The position numbers were made by a program, and so were the translations under genes. Below, in pieces: positions 1 to 13,170 of a stretch of 64,000 nt of DNA. Below the pieces are notes generated by a model, which searched no databases, was not told where the DNA came from, and worked only from the letters and a program-made list of their open reading frames with translations. Position 1 is the stretch's first letter. Each line of letters starts with the position of its first letter. The DNA is from Callorhinchus milii. Its lineage: Eukaryota. Location: NCBI RefSeq assembly GCF_018977255.1, contig NW_024704742.1, positions 99,016,001-99,080,000 of the forward strand, read 5' to 3'.

Positions 1-770
1 ATTACCTGTAGATCTGAATTTGAATCAGGGTACCAAATTGAATAAATTGAGATGGAGCAGAAAGAAGAGATGCAAATAAATGATGTATGATGAAAAGCCA
101 CAGGATATCATTTATATTCATTAGGATTGTTGTGCCAAGTCCCAGTTTTTCATCTTGCATTCTTCATACCATATGTTATTTAAGTATTTTTTTAAAAGTT
201 TGAGACAAAATAAAGGTCGTGATTTCCCCTTGTGCACCATCTCCTCATACAAACATATTCACAAGAGCCCCAAGATGTGGACTTTAGCTTTTACGGAAGC
301 TGGTGTTTTTTATTCCGGTAGTTATCTTTTTGGGTAGCAGCTGGTCTCATGGTAGACAGTAACTACAAGCAGCCTCTTGCAACTTGAAACTGAATTGATG
401 ATAGGTTTATACCTCTGTATTTGAGTGTGGGGCTAACTTAACCTGCAAATGGCAGTGTAAAGCTTGTACCAAAACATCTCTGTCCCACAGATGTTATTGC
501 ACTTGTACATGCATAACTTACAATTTGTTAAAATGTGACTAAACTAAAATAGATTAATAATTTTAGAAAATTCAGAAAAGATTGAAAGTATACTTTTAAA
601 CTCTAGCTACTAATGGGTATTAATAATAATAATAATATTATTATTATATATTATATATATTAGTATATTCATGTGAGATTACCCGATTAATACTTCTTAT
701 TAGCTTTGTTAATGAAGTACCCACTTAGATAGCAGAGCCTATTTGGTCACAAAAATATTATCTTCAGAAA

Positions 771-1072
771 ATAATAATAATAATCATTTGACATAGCGCT
801 TTTCACGTTTTCTAGACATATCAAAGCACTTCACAGAATATATTGTAAGGTGAATTGACTGTATATTTGTGGGCGAAACGCAGCAGCCAATTGCACAAAG
901 CAGTGTCCCACTAACAGTCATGGATTGAAGTTACCAAATTATTATTGTTTTTTTTCTTGAGGGATTATTATCAGGCATGTGTAGTAAGGAAACTTGCCCA
1001 AGGTTTCGCCCTGCCGGGAATCGAACCCACGTCTCTCGCTTGCGAGGCAAGTGCTCTAACCACTGAGCTACA
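771..1072 (-). mobile_element. tRNA-Ala-derived SINE, short variant
   Basis: - strand head with A box (TAGCTCAGTGG) and B box (GTTCGATTC); (TTA)n tail; many copies in the window. Confidence 0.9.
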
Positions 1073-4000
1073 AATGATCCAACTTCAATAAAGAACACTG
1101 AACATACTTTATTTTGTAGTACTATGCCTAAGGCTCAAAAATCCTCTTTGTTTGTAGTCTTTCACGTCTTTCATTTTCTTGGAATTTAAGATTTTGCTAA
1201 ATTGTTTTGCAGGTTTTCAAACAGTTTGTGGAAATCTAGCTTTCAGATTAAGTTCTGTGGAACTTCAGCCCTTTGATGTGTTGGCTAGTAACAGAATATA
1301 AATATTGTTGACTAGAAATAAATGTTTTTTCAAAAATGCATCTAGGCATTTCATGAAGATAAACTAGTTTAAGTGGTGCTCTTTGGTTGAATGGGGAACT
1401 GAAGCAAATCATGTTGACCATTAATTGATCCCTTTTCAAATAACCAGATCCTTTGGTGGGTCTCTGCCAAGAGGAAAAGTTTAAGTTTTTTTAAAAGAAA
1501 AATAGACGTTTGGGTTGCAAAATAACCACAGTCTGTAGTTGCATTTGGCAGCTTTACAGCTGTTGGAAGTGGTTGGGAAAAATATGGATTAACAAACTGT
1601 AAGGCTTCCTGGAAAGCGGGGGAAGGAAATGACAGCTGGTGAAATTCTTCTCTGTCAATGATATAAACATCTTACTGCAGTCAATCAACTTAGTGAATAG
1701 AAATAATAGAATCAACTGAGTAACCTACTTTCTAATGGATGACAGGGATCCTGGGATGCCATAAATTTGCTTGATCTCTCCCTCCTCCCACATCCCACAC
1801 TCTTAATACCCATTTCTACTGAATTAACGTCTAGGTTGAATGCATTGTGATTGCCTGTGCAAACTATTCCATTCTGCTCCTTTTTTTGGTGTTCTTTTGG
1901 AGGTACTTTAAGATCTTCTGATTTATTACACGTTTAATAAGGGTATTACTGGTGTTAGCTTTCTGTAGTTCTTATAGATTTCACAAAAACAGTTTTGCTT
2001 GTTACGTTGACCTTCTGCTGCATTGCTTTATATTCTTTTGTTTATGTCCTTTGAATGCATTTTTCTCTTTCATCATCCTCTTGTATCTGGATTCTGAGAG
2101 AATCTATAAAATGATCCGATAAAACAAAGACAAATGGACAAACCAGTGCTAACAATGGATGGTTTGAAACGACAAACATTTCTGAAGACATGCTGCAGAA
2201 ATGAATTGTGACAGCGAAGCTGATTACTCTAGCTGTTGTAAAAGAGTGCACCATAAAGGCCATCATTTAGCAAGGGACTTCTCAGATGCTATTAGAAAGA
2301 AAACTATAATGGATACATGCATAGCTGGAATGCTTCCAGAGTAATATGAGCGAAACACAACGAGTCAGTAGATATGACATGTGCTTTCTCTGTACTGAAG
2401 TATACAAAGAAAGCTCCTTTTGTAGCACAAAAGCAGCTGCATTTGAATGACCCATTAAAGTTTTTAAATCCACCCAAAAGGGGATTCTTGTATAATGGTT
2501 TGAATAACTCTTATTATTTTGGGTTTGCTTGGTTGCATTTGCAGATATGAATGTTGCAGTTTACATCCTTTCTTGGAACAATTTGGTTTTTATTTCCATT
2601 AATTGTGTGTCTCTTATGTTGATATCAGGAGCCACAAACTGCAGCAGTTTCCTTTAAATCAGCTTTGAACTCTTCATGAAGTACGATTGCGCTGTTAGAA
2701 ATTAACTTTCAATCATGGTTGTATGGCGAGCAATAAATATGTTTTTGGCTTTTGCTGCACTTTTCTCACTGATATTTGATATGTTTGTAACTCTTGCAGA
2801 ATGGTTTTATCTTGTAAATGATAGTTGAAGGAAGAAAATGGGAATAAAGTCAAGGTGTTTTGCTGCTAATGTATGCTGTTGTCATGGAAATGCTTGCAAA
2901 ATTAATTTCAAGATTAGCTAAAATTTGGGCTATGGTTGCATTTTGCATGATGATTGAAGCGCTTGCAGCAGCATTGGCAATGTGTTAAGTGTTCTCTCAA
3001 TTTGTCATCTTGTAAAACTGCCATCTGTCAGGATTAATACTGTTCATTAACATTTGTGGAAATACTTTTATCCCTTGCATACAAGCAACTTTCATGAACC
3101 TGCATCCCAGGTTCTTAATTGGTGTACACAAATTCACTGAATGAACCTCCTTCAAAACATGTTTTATTTGCAGCTATTGAATTGTGTTTACACACATAAA
3201 ATGCTTCCTTTTATGTGGTGTTATACTGCGTATTGTTTTGCTGTTGAGAAAATCTTATTTGCAGCCTCGCTAGTGGGGGAGCATCCTTTACTGGTATGGG
3301 CGGGCAGGTGGGACAAATCCCACTCGTCTGCGATGCCCTCCATAGTTTAGTGTCCTGGTGACACAGAGACAAGTTTCTCATATAAACAGCGGCCTCTTCA
3401 ACAAATAATGGAGGCTAAACGGTGCCTGTGCAACCAAACTACAGCAAGAAGAGACTAGACCAGGGCAAATGCCAGTGAAGAGAAAATTGGGAAGTGTGTG
3501 TGTGTATATGTGTATATATTTAAAAATCCTTTTAGCCAGACAAACTTGCATCAAGTCCACCTATAATGCTATTGCTGCTTGTGTAAAAAAAATGGGTAGC
3601 TGAAGAGGGAAGTTGTAAGAAAGGATGTTCAAATTTATCAAAAAGGATGTTACAACAAGCAGAAAAGAGATGTAAAAGGGCAGTGGAAATGTTTTCAAAC
3701 TTCGATGCCTAATTATGCATAATTATTTTGCCGATTGTAGCTCTGAAGGTGGCAGCAAACTGTGAATGTAAACAAAGTGGCATTTTGCCGTTGGAGGCAG
3801 CAAACGCCCCCACAATTGGTAATTTCTCAACACATGTCACCTCGGCAATATAAACGTGGAATAGCTTGTTTTCAGAGGCAACTGAGACACGCAGCGGATT
3901 ACTGGCTGAAGGGCTCCCAACCAGCCCAGCAAAGCATGCACAATTGTGAAGTTTCATCCCATTGCACAACCACTGAGAACATTTGTCATGACTAATGCAG

Positions 4001-4279
4001 TTTAGGGATGTGGGAAATGTATTATTTCCCATACTAGGGAAGTTGTAATAAAAATAATTATGGATCGGAACAATGTTGTAATAGTCATCCTGTTAACATT
4101 TTACAGGTTACAAGGAAGGATATTGGTCATGTTAAAATCCGTTTTATTTTGTAAAACAAAATGTGCTTACTGTTTTTCCCCTGGCAATTGAAGTACATTT
4201 GTTTTACCAAATAAGTCTCTAAATCGCTCTGACATTTTGTATTGGGATATATTAGTACATAAGTTTACATTGATATGAC

Positions 4280-4500
4280 AACAACAACAAAATTAAATTT
4301 ATAGAGCGCCTTTTAAGTCGGGAGGACATCCCAAAGCGCTGAACAGTCAGGTGTCGGGGCCCGAGCATGGGGGAGGGGTGGTGTAGGGGTGAGGGAAGGC
4401 AAAGAGATGGGAGGACGATCGAAGGCACGATCAAAGAGAAGGGTCTTGAGACAGGCCTTGAAGGAAGCAAGGGGGCAGAGAGGCTGAAAGCCTGGCCACC
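4280..4500 (-). mobile_element. L2 LINE 3' end
   Basis: (CAA)n followed by the reverse complement of the L2 3'UTR seen at 5900-6138. Confidence 0.8.
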
Positions 4501-5539
4501 AATGAGTTGTAACATTGCATAGTAATTATTGGTCTGCTTTCTGTCAGATTTATTTTAAAAATTGTTTTCTTGCAATTTTTCCTGAGTTTGCGGGTGAGAA
4601 TGGCAACATTGATCCAGATATTTCACTATTTCTCTGTGCCCACAGGAAACAGTTCCAACTTTGCTGTAGACACAGCCTATTTTGTCTGTTTTCTGTGCAC
4701 TATGTTCCTTGGAAACTGGGTCAGATAATGGCAAAGCAGAATACACAGTTGCAGCATCCATCAAATTTAAAAAAAAACTCCTTGGAGAGTTGTCAAAGCG
4801 AGGTTTTGTGTTGTATGTTATTTTTCAAATTTTACTAGGTCTTGAAATGCCAGATTTTTCCATTCGTTAGAAACCAAGCCTGTGAAATAAGGAACATAGG
4901 AACAGGAATAACCCATCTGGTCCATCAAGCCTTTTCCACCATTTCCTTAGATCGTGGATGATCTACAATCTCCATACCCCCGATATTGTTATGAGGCAAG
5001 TATTTATCTATTTCCTCTTAAACATTCCCGCCAACAACATTTATAGTCGTTTTCAGAAAATGAAGTCTGAGCAAAAAAAAAGTCTCCTGATTTCACTAGT
5101 TACAGGAGGTCTGTCTATAATTTTTTGATTATACTCCCTTTCTCAGGATTCTGCACCCATATCTTCTGTTCCTGACTGTCAATTTCTTTGCTATCTTTAA
5201 CACAAAAAAAAGTGTAGACATGTTCAGGAAATGGGAAAATTGGATGGATAGGATTATCTGTCAAGTTCAGGGTAGTTGATGAGTATTGTACATTTGTAAT
5301 GATCTATGAAACCCGATTGATATGTGTTTGAATGATAAATTAGCCCAAAAGAACATTTACTTTGCAAGATAAATAACTATAAAATAAACTGTGTTTTATA
5401 ATCCCATGACACTTGGATTGCCATTAAATTAAGTTTTCATTCGGATAAATTGTGTCCATTCAGGATTGTATTTTACTTATTAAACAAACGGATAAATAAA
5501 AATCAATATAGTAAACCTTTAGCTGTAAATTAAGTCTTG

Positions 5540-6138
5540 TTCCACATTGTTCTAAGGCTGGACTATGGGAACTCTCTCCTCGCCGGCCTTCCCGGCACCT
5601 CCCTCCACAAGCTGCAGGTCATTCAGAACTCTGCAGCTCGTGTACTGTCCCGCACCAGGCTTCGGGACCACATCACTCCCACCCTCGCTCACCTACACTG
5701 GCTCCCCATCCCCCAGAGGATCGAATTCAAGATCCTCATCCTCACCTACAAGGCCATTCACGGCCTTGCTCCCTCCTACCTCTCCGACCTACTATCCGTT
5801 CCTCTGGCTCCGGTCTGCCCCACATCCCCCGCCCTAACCGTCCTAGCATCGGTGGCCGGGCTTTCAGCCTCTCAGCCCCTAGGCTCTGGAACTCCATCCC
5901 CCAGTGCCTTCACTTTGCTTCCTCCCTTTCCTCCTTCACGGCCGATCTCAAGACCTTTCTCTTCGACCGTGCCTTCAGCTCCCCTGTCGACTCTCTACCC
6001 CCTCCTCGCTCCCTCCCTTCCCTTCCCTCCTCCTGACCATTTCCCCCCCTGCTCAGGTCCCGACCCAACTGTCCAGTGCCTTGGCACATCCTCCCGACGT
6101 GAAAGGCGCTCTATAAATGCAATCTTGTTGTTGTTGTT
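5540..6138 (+). mobile_element. L2 LINE 3' fragment (ORF2 C-terminus and 3'UTR)
   Basis: RLDYGNSLLAGLP...LQVIQNSAAR...HITPTLAHLHWLPIPQRIEFKILILTYKAIHGLAPSYL; (TTG)n tail. Confidence 0.92.
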
Positions 6139-6589
6139 GTACAATTTTATAATCTGGGAAATGTCGCAATTTTTGTGTGAGAAGTTCTGCATTTTTTTTA
6201 ATAGAAATCCCATTCAGATAATATATGATGAGTTGTGGTTTAGAATTTTCAGGTATACTGTTTTCTAGACAATGGACTGATGCGAATCAATGCAAAGACA
6301 GTAGTTATCAATAATGCTCTAAAGGGGAGAAATTCCACTTGGCTCTAGATTTACTCTATTAACTTAGCAATTCAGATTGTCCAAAATTTGGCAAAATTGT
6401 TGAATTCAGTCTTAACTTTTAAATCGGATACCTGTAATTATTAAAATGACTTATAGAAACCTAGCCCCAAAATTGAAACAGAATTTACCAAATTCTGGAT
6501 GCTCTGAATTACTAGGTCAATATAGTAAATCCCGACCCAAGTAAAATTCCTACCCCATTATGCCCTTCTCTGAACCAGACTATAAGCCT

Positions 6590-6765
6590 ATCACCCTTAT
6601 TCCAACGTTCAAATCCTGCCTGAAGACCTTTCTTTTTGATCGTGCTTATGGTCACCTCCCCCCTCCCACTCCCCCTGGCTTAGGGTCAGACTCCGCAAAT
6701 GTCAAGTGCTCCGGGGACACTACCCCATGTAAACAATGCTAAATAAATGCAAGTTGTTGTTGTTA
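6590..6765 (+). mobile_element. L2 LINE 3' end, second subfamily
   Basis: FKSCLKTFLFDRAYG and tail ataaatgcaagttgttgttg. Confidence 0.75.
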
Positions 6766-8060
6766 TCCTTCCTAGGCTGCATGAGCACTTGATTCCCCCA
6801 GCAGATGGATTTTAAGATACTTTTAACTGCTTCCACTCCCTAGCCCCACCCACCTCTGAAGTCCTACTCCCTACTCACGTCTTCTGGTTTGCTAACTCGT
6901 GCGTGCTGCATGTCCCCTTCCCCAAAATGTCTGTGCCTCACTCCTACCCTCTGGGCTTTCAAACCTTCTAAAACCTACCTCTTTGACTGCATCTTTGGAC
7001 AACTCTCTCCAATGTCTTGTGTTGCTCGTGCTTCCACTCTCTGTTAGGCTGTTTGAGACCTACATTTTCCTATATGAAAGGTGCTATATAAATGCAAGTT
7101 ATTAAGATATAGCTCATGCATTTCCATGAGCTACAGGCAAACCGTATTATAGCCCCACCATTCAATGAAGCGATGCCTCAGTCTACTGTGAACCTACACT
7201 AACCGGAAGCAAAGTACACCTGGCTTCCAGCATTAACCAGCTGGCTTCCTGCGCTTAAAAAATGATTCGCGTCCAGGTCATTCAGGTCACCATTGATTTT
7301 GCTTCCTGTGTGCATGCATGCTAAGCGCAGGAAGCACCACTAATGTCACTTTGCTTGTGAGGTTTCCCTGTACCACCACTGATTTCACATAAGGGATTGT
7401 AGAGAAGCATTTTTAGCATGTTGTTATGCTGTGACACATTTTAATATCCTGTTTTACAACTGTACTTGAGGGAGAACGTTGAAAGCATTAAGCTTGATTT
7501 TTGAACCAAGAATGGTAGCTATCTGCTTTGTTTCCCAATATCACATGAGCATTGCAGTCACAAGATTAACTCGGTTGATTGCTGCGGAATTGCTGCAGTT
7601 TAAAGTGTCCACTAGGTAATAGGTATGACTGGTTTAATTTTTATTGCAAGGTATGAATTTTCTTCAAAAATGAATGCCTCTAACGATGAGTCACTTCTCC
7701 CATTCATTTTAAATTAAAAATAAAAGCTGAACATTACATTATGAAAGCCCTTTATCGCTTCAAAATGTCTGAAAGCACTTAGCTAAGAAATTTGGTCAAA
7801 TGTAGTAGAATTGTAGTCCAGTGTTTTGTAGCCAAACATAACAGCCATTTGCACCAGCAATGTCCCCCAAGAGGTTGATTGACCTGCTGATGTTAACTAC
7901 TCTTGCTTCTTGTGTATGCTAGGTAAAAGAAAGGAGTGGTGATACAATTTTTAATTTTAAAAAAGTTTGACTGTGTACTTGTGTTCCATTAAATTGGCCA
8001 TGCAGACTGTTGTGCTTGTGCAACGTGCAACAGACAGTGCGTTCTCCATTCCAGACGAAT

Positions 8061-8070
8061 GGAAATTCCC
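8061..8070 (-). promoter_or_regulatory. NF-kB consensus site (GGGAATTTCC)
   Basis: + strand ggaaattccc is an exact GGGRNWYYCC match on the - strand; function untested. Confidence 0.35.
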
Positions 8071-8984
8071 ATTCATGTGTGGAACTCTCCGTAATCTGGA
8101 TTGGATATTCTTGAACAGAGTGATGTGGTTTTTTTTTGCAAGTGTTAATACTCCCAACAGACTGAGAAAAAAAACACTGGCATTTTTCTCCGATCTTGTT
8201 TGGTAATTGTAGTTAATTAGTTCACAACGCCTCCCTCTGAAAAACAAATTACGTCTTGGATGCAACAACAACTTGCACTTATGTAGCGCCCTCTATGCAG
8301 GGTAGCATCTCAGAGCGCTGTAATGTATGACTGGCTTTACAATTGATGTTTTGCTGAACTATGTAAAATAATTATCAAGCACCTTATTAATTGTCTTAAT
8401 AATTTAGAAATGCTGTACTGTATAGAAAGAGTAAATCGTTTTCTTAGGAAGTGGTAAAAATAACACCTACATTTTGCAATCGTTAATGAAACCAGAAATT
8501 ACACTTGTGTAACCAAATGTTTTGGTTTCTCAATCTAGCCTTTATTAAATCTGAAACATCTATTTTTTTGTGACATCATTACCATTTACAGTGAATTCCA
8601 GCAAAGTACTTTGGTATATTTCTGGTTGTTTTGCACCTTCATATCTGAGTGGATACAATGGGTAAAAGTGACTTTTTTTTAAACAGTGTTGTGGTATTTT
8701 TATGTTCTCAACAGGCAAATCGGATCTTGGTTTAATTTCTCAATTAGAGGAGAGAATCTTTGGCAGCTAGCACTCCCCTAAAAATACACTGGAGTCACAA
8801 TCTTAAGTATGAGCTCAAGTCCCAATGTGGAGTACGAACCCGTAGCTTGGCCAGAGATGAATTGATATGGAATGAGAAGATTATATTATCAGTGGTACAG
8901 GGAAGACTAGAGTGTAGTTGACATGATGTACACATAATTCCCCGATAGACATGCAATTTAATGATGACAAATAATGTTTAGCAT

Positions 8985-9335
8985 TCTCGCCTCCACGACA
9001 AAAAGTCATGGGTTCAAGCCTTGTATTGGGACTTTGAACTTGTATAATCCAGATTGACACACTATCTCAGTCCTAGGGAAATGCTACATTGCGGAATATC
9101 CACCTGTTCAGCTGGATGTTAAAGATCCCATGGCATTACTGTACTCAAAAAGAGAAAAGTTTCTCTCAATGTCCTGGTCAACAAAAAAAAGATAATTTGC
9201 TTCATAATTGTTTGTTGGACTTTACCATGTCTAAATTGTCTGTTGCATTTGCCTAGACTTTATAGTATATGCTATGAAGCATTGTGAGATGTCCTGCTGA
9301 TGTGAAAGGCACTGTATCAAATGTAAGGATTATTA
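8985..9335 (+). mobile_element. DeuSINE (SacSINE1-like), degraded
   Basis: gggttcaagcc...gggactttga...ggatgttaaagatcccatggca...tgtcctggtcaa and the shared tail. Confidence 0.65.
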
Positions 9336-10469
9336 TAAATAATACTACTCAGTTTCTTGAGAACTGTTTTCATCCCCATAGTCCTTCATACAGAGTTGTG
9401 AGAATGTAAAATGTACTGTCTCAGAGCATCATAGATGCAGAATTGTTGGATGTTTTAAAGAGAGATCAATCGATGTTTGGATACAGATGTTTAAAATGAA
9501 ATAAATAACCAATTATAACTGCTGCGATCCAATAAAATGGCAGAACAACCTTGATAGGCTTGACATGGGATCCTCCTGTCTCTAAACCTTTGAATTGTTC
9601 CAACATGAACTTATAGTATGGAGATTGATTTACCTTTATACTGTGGCATTGAATATTGGGATTGAGTCCACGTCAAATCTGCTGTAATATTATAATTAAC
9701 GCTGTACGCTGGTTAGGGTCTGACATTTGTAACACTGCAGGTTAGTGAATAAATGGAATGACACAAAGAAACAGCTGTTTCTTTTTTTTTTAAATTTAAA
9801 CTACGGCATTGGGAGATTGCTGAGCAGAGAGACTTTTAGGTGTAGGTAAAGAGAGTAATCCTGAAATAGATTTGTTCCATGAGCAATATACAGCATTGAT
9901 TCAAAAAGCCTGGAGGAGCATTAAACACTCAGGGTTTGTGCAACAGCTTCACTTGCTAAACTACTCATTAGTACTGTGCAGATGGGTTAATCGACCAGAA
10001 TCTTCAAACTCTTCAACTGATCCAATTGGTAGTATTGCTTCTATTAGTGTCATTGATTTAGCTTCGATCAAAATGCGCATTTCGTGATGGGGATTTTCGG
10101 AATATAACTACCGGCACGGACAAGTTGAGCCAAATTGCCTGTTTCTACGATGTAATGTTTATAAACCTGTCTTACAAACGTACAAGTAGTTATCAATCAC
10201 GAAAGATTAAGGTGACTAATACATAAAGGTCTCCCTGACACTATGCCTGTTTTTCATTTCAATTGGTACTGGCACCAGCTTTATGTAGCAGTAAATTTGT
10301 GATTTGCAATGCCTTCAACTGAAATGTGTCAAGACACTCACCCCAAAGGCGGGCACATGAGGAGGAGGTGGAGGAGAAGTTCATAGCTTCCCAAAAAATG
10401 ATTGAGCACTTTCTTTTAATTATTATGGATCTTGGACTTAAAGCTCCATCGTGCCCTGAATCTAACAAA

Positions 10470-11112
10470 CTGATATCAGGGCTTAAAAGGTTAAATTATG
10501 AGGATCAGTTGCCTAAATTTGGTCTCTATTCCCTTGAGTTTAGAAGGTTGACGGGTGATCTGATTGAGGTTATTAAAATAATAAAGGATACGATAGGGAA
10601 GATACAGAGAAACTATTTCCTCTGGTGGGGGAATCATGAACAAGGAGGTATAATCTTAAAATTAGAACTAAACCATTTAGAAGTTAGAGCTAAACCATAG
10701 CATAGATATATTTTAGGGGAAACTAGATAGGTACATAAGTGAGAAAGGAATAGAAGGTTATGCTTGAAAGCTTAGTTGAGAAAGGGCAGGAGGAGGCTCA
10801 TGTGGAGCATAAACACCGGCATAGACCAGTTGGGCCGAATAGCCTGTTTCTGTGCTGTGTATTCTCATCTATTCTAAGTGAAATTAGGAGGCAGTTTTTC
10901 ACCCAAAGGATAGTGGAAATCTGGAACTGTCCCCCAAAAGGCTGTGGGTGCATTCACATTTTCAAGACTGAGGTAGATAGATATTTGTTAGGTCAGGCTA
11001 TTAAGGGATGTGGGGCAAGGGTGGGTAATTGGACTTGAGGTACAGATCAGCCATAATCTTATAGAATGGTGGAACAGAGTCGAGGGGTTGAATAGCCTAT
11101 TCGTGTTTCTAT
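10470..11112 (+). mobile_element. CR1 LINE 3' fragment containing a second nested CR1-type 3' end (~10698-10873)
   Basis: GLKRLNYEDQL...LYSLEFRRLTGDLIEVIKIIK; FFTQRIVEIWN resumes after the insert. Confidence 0.85.
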
Positions 11113-11534
11113 GAGCTCCATTTATGAACTTCGTGGATTTTAAATGTGGATTTTTGTACCACAGAACAAGTTTGAAAAATCCCCAATTTAAGGGGAATTA
11201 CTTGTGCACACAGAAAAATTATGTATGCAACAATTCAGATAACTGGGTCATGTTTTTCTTATTGCAGGAGTCTCTGAAAATGCAATTAGTGCAAAATGCA
11301 TTGGACAGAAAATGTCAAAGATGCCAACCATTTGAGTTAAAAATGAATAAACAAGATGTATAGATGTGCTTCAATGACATCAAATGTGGTCCAAATCAAG
11401 GGAAGTCTTCAACCTAATCTGATCAGTCATAATTTCATCACAATCTGCTCTAATGCCGTGGAACTATGATCGCAAGCAGGTTTAAACAAAATCTATTCTC
11501 CTAGCAGCCTGCAAATAAGTGATAGGTGTTTGGG

Positions 11535-12010
11535 TGGCAGTCTGGCTCAGAAAGTAGCACTCTTGCCTTTGAGTCAGGAGATTGAGCGATTTTGGGATCC
11601 AACCCCACTTTGGGACTTTGAACTATTAATACTCTAAATGTTCCCGGAAACTACCCCACATGAAAGGCTCTATATAAACGCAAGTTGATGTTGTACTCTA
11701 GGTTGACATCCAGGGCAATGCTACAGGAGTGCTGCATTGTCGATCATGCCATCCTTCGGATGAGACAATAAACCAAGGTCCTGTCTGCTTGTTAAATCTC
11801 ATGCCACTACTTGAAAAGGGAAGGGAGTTTTGCTCGGTGTCCTGGCCAAAGGTCCCCCAGTTACCATTGGTCATTTACTTCATGGCTATGGGAGGATGCA
11901 CAAATTGGTAGTTGAATTTACCCACAAGTACACATGCTACAGTAAATCCTACAAAATGCTTTGAGCTATTTTGATGTGATAAAGTGCTATATCAATGCAA
12001 GGATTATTAT
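11535..12010 (+). mobile_element. DeuSINE (SacSINE1-like) interrupted by an L2 tail fragment (~11632-11693)
   Basis: tRNA-like head ggctcag...gcactcttgcctttgagtcag; Deu-domain-like ccttcggatgagacaataaaccaaggtcctgtctgc. Confidence 0.7.
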
Positions 12011-12119
12011 AACTAACTTTGATTTTGAGAGAAAATACTCTTTTTACGGACCAAGTAGACCCTAATATTGTTGCTAGTTAGAAGTCTAAAATACACAACC
12101 CCCCACGAACATCTCAAAA

Positions 12120-12480
12120 CTCAGTGTGTAGTCGTTGCCCATGTTTATACTCGACATGAATCTCCACCCACTCTTACTCCCTTCCATTCCGTTCTCCCTC
12201 GTGTATATCTAGCTTCCTCTTAAATGCATTCATTTGCTTCAACCACCTCTTTGGGCAGCGAGTCCCACATTCTCACTAACCTTTGCATGAAGTAGTTCCT
12301 AAATACTCCTCTAGATCTCCTAGTTGCTATCCTACTTGTGTCCCTGGTTACGGACTGTCCAACCAGTGGGAACAGCCGATTTATACTAACCTTATCAGAC
12401 ACTTTTATAATTTTGAACACCTCAATTGGGTTCCCTCTCAAAAATGTGTTTTCTCTAGTGAAAAGAGCCTAACCTATCCA
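12120..12480 (-). mobile_element. CR1 LINE 3' fragment
   Basis: RGNPIEVFKIIK...LFPLVG...FMQRLVRMWDSLP. Confidence 0.82.
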
Positions 12481-12847
12481 GTCTATCTTACCAGCAGCAA
12501 TCCACCAGCCCTAATAAATCTACCTTGTACTGTTGTCATTGCTGCTACATCCATCTTTTGAAGCCAAAGGATGTTTATTGCCAAGCTACAAATCCAGCAT
12601 TCTTTGATCATAAGCTTTGCTCTTTTTCAGATAAATTAAAACCTGCTTCATGGCTGATTACTTGAAATGTAATTACTAAGGAACTGCATTGTTCCTTTGT
12701 CCCTGCCCAGCTGTTTGCGCATACATTTTTTCCAGCATCCATTGGGAGTACTCGCGCAGTTCCATTATTGTATTTCTTTATATTGTAACAACCCAAAGGT
12801 GAAGAGCTGCACAATTAACAATATTGTTTAAGTTAGACCTAATTATA

Positions 12848-13170
12848 ATAATAATAATAATAATCCTTGCATTTGATATAGCGCTTTTTCACGTCGGGAG
12901 GACGTCCCAAAGCGCTTCACAGAACACACTGTAAAGTGAATTGACTGTATATTTGTGGGCGAGCGCGGCAGCCAATTGCGCACAGCAATGTCCCACAAAC
13001 AGTCGTAGATTGAAAATGACCAATTTTATTATTGTTTTCGGTTTTGGAGGGATTATTATTAGGCGTGTGGAGTAAGGAAACTTGCCCAAGGTTTCGCCCT
13101 GCCGGGAATTGAACTCAGGTCTCTCACTTGCAAAGCGAGTGCTCTAACCACTGAGCTACAGGACTCCACA
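12848..13170 (-). mobile_element. tRNA-Ala-derived SINE, young full-length copy
   Basis: Nearly identical to the 23695 and 31378 copies; candidate TSD aattata at 12841-12847 and 13171-13177. Confidence 0.93.

Noticed and set aside
3261..3345. HDV-like or hammerhead ribozyme
   Set aside because: No consistent P1 helix or J4/2 for an HDV fold; on the - strand CAGACGA plus stem II is not followed by GAAA.
5537..6268. 243-aa ORF as a host gene
   Set aside because: The N-terminal half is L2 ORF2 and the rest is frameshifted L2 3' sequence.
13085..13170. tRNA-Ala gene
   Set aside because: It is a SINE head: continuous with the SINE body, repeated many times, with no proper acceptor stem.
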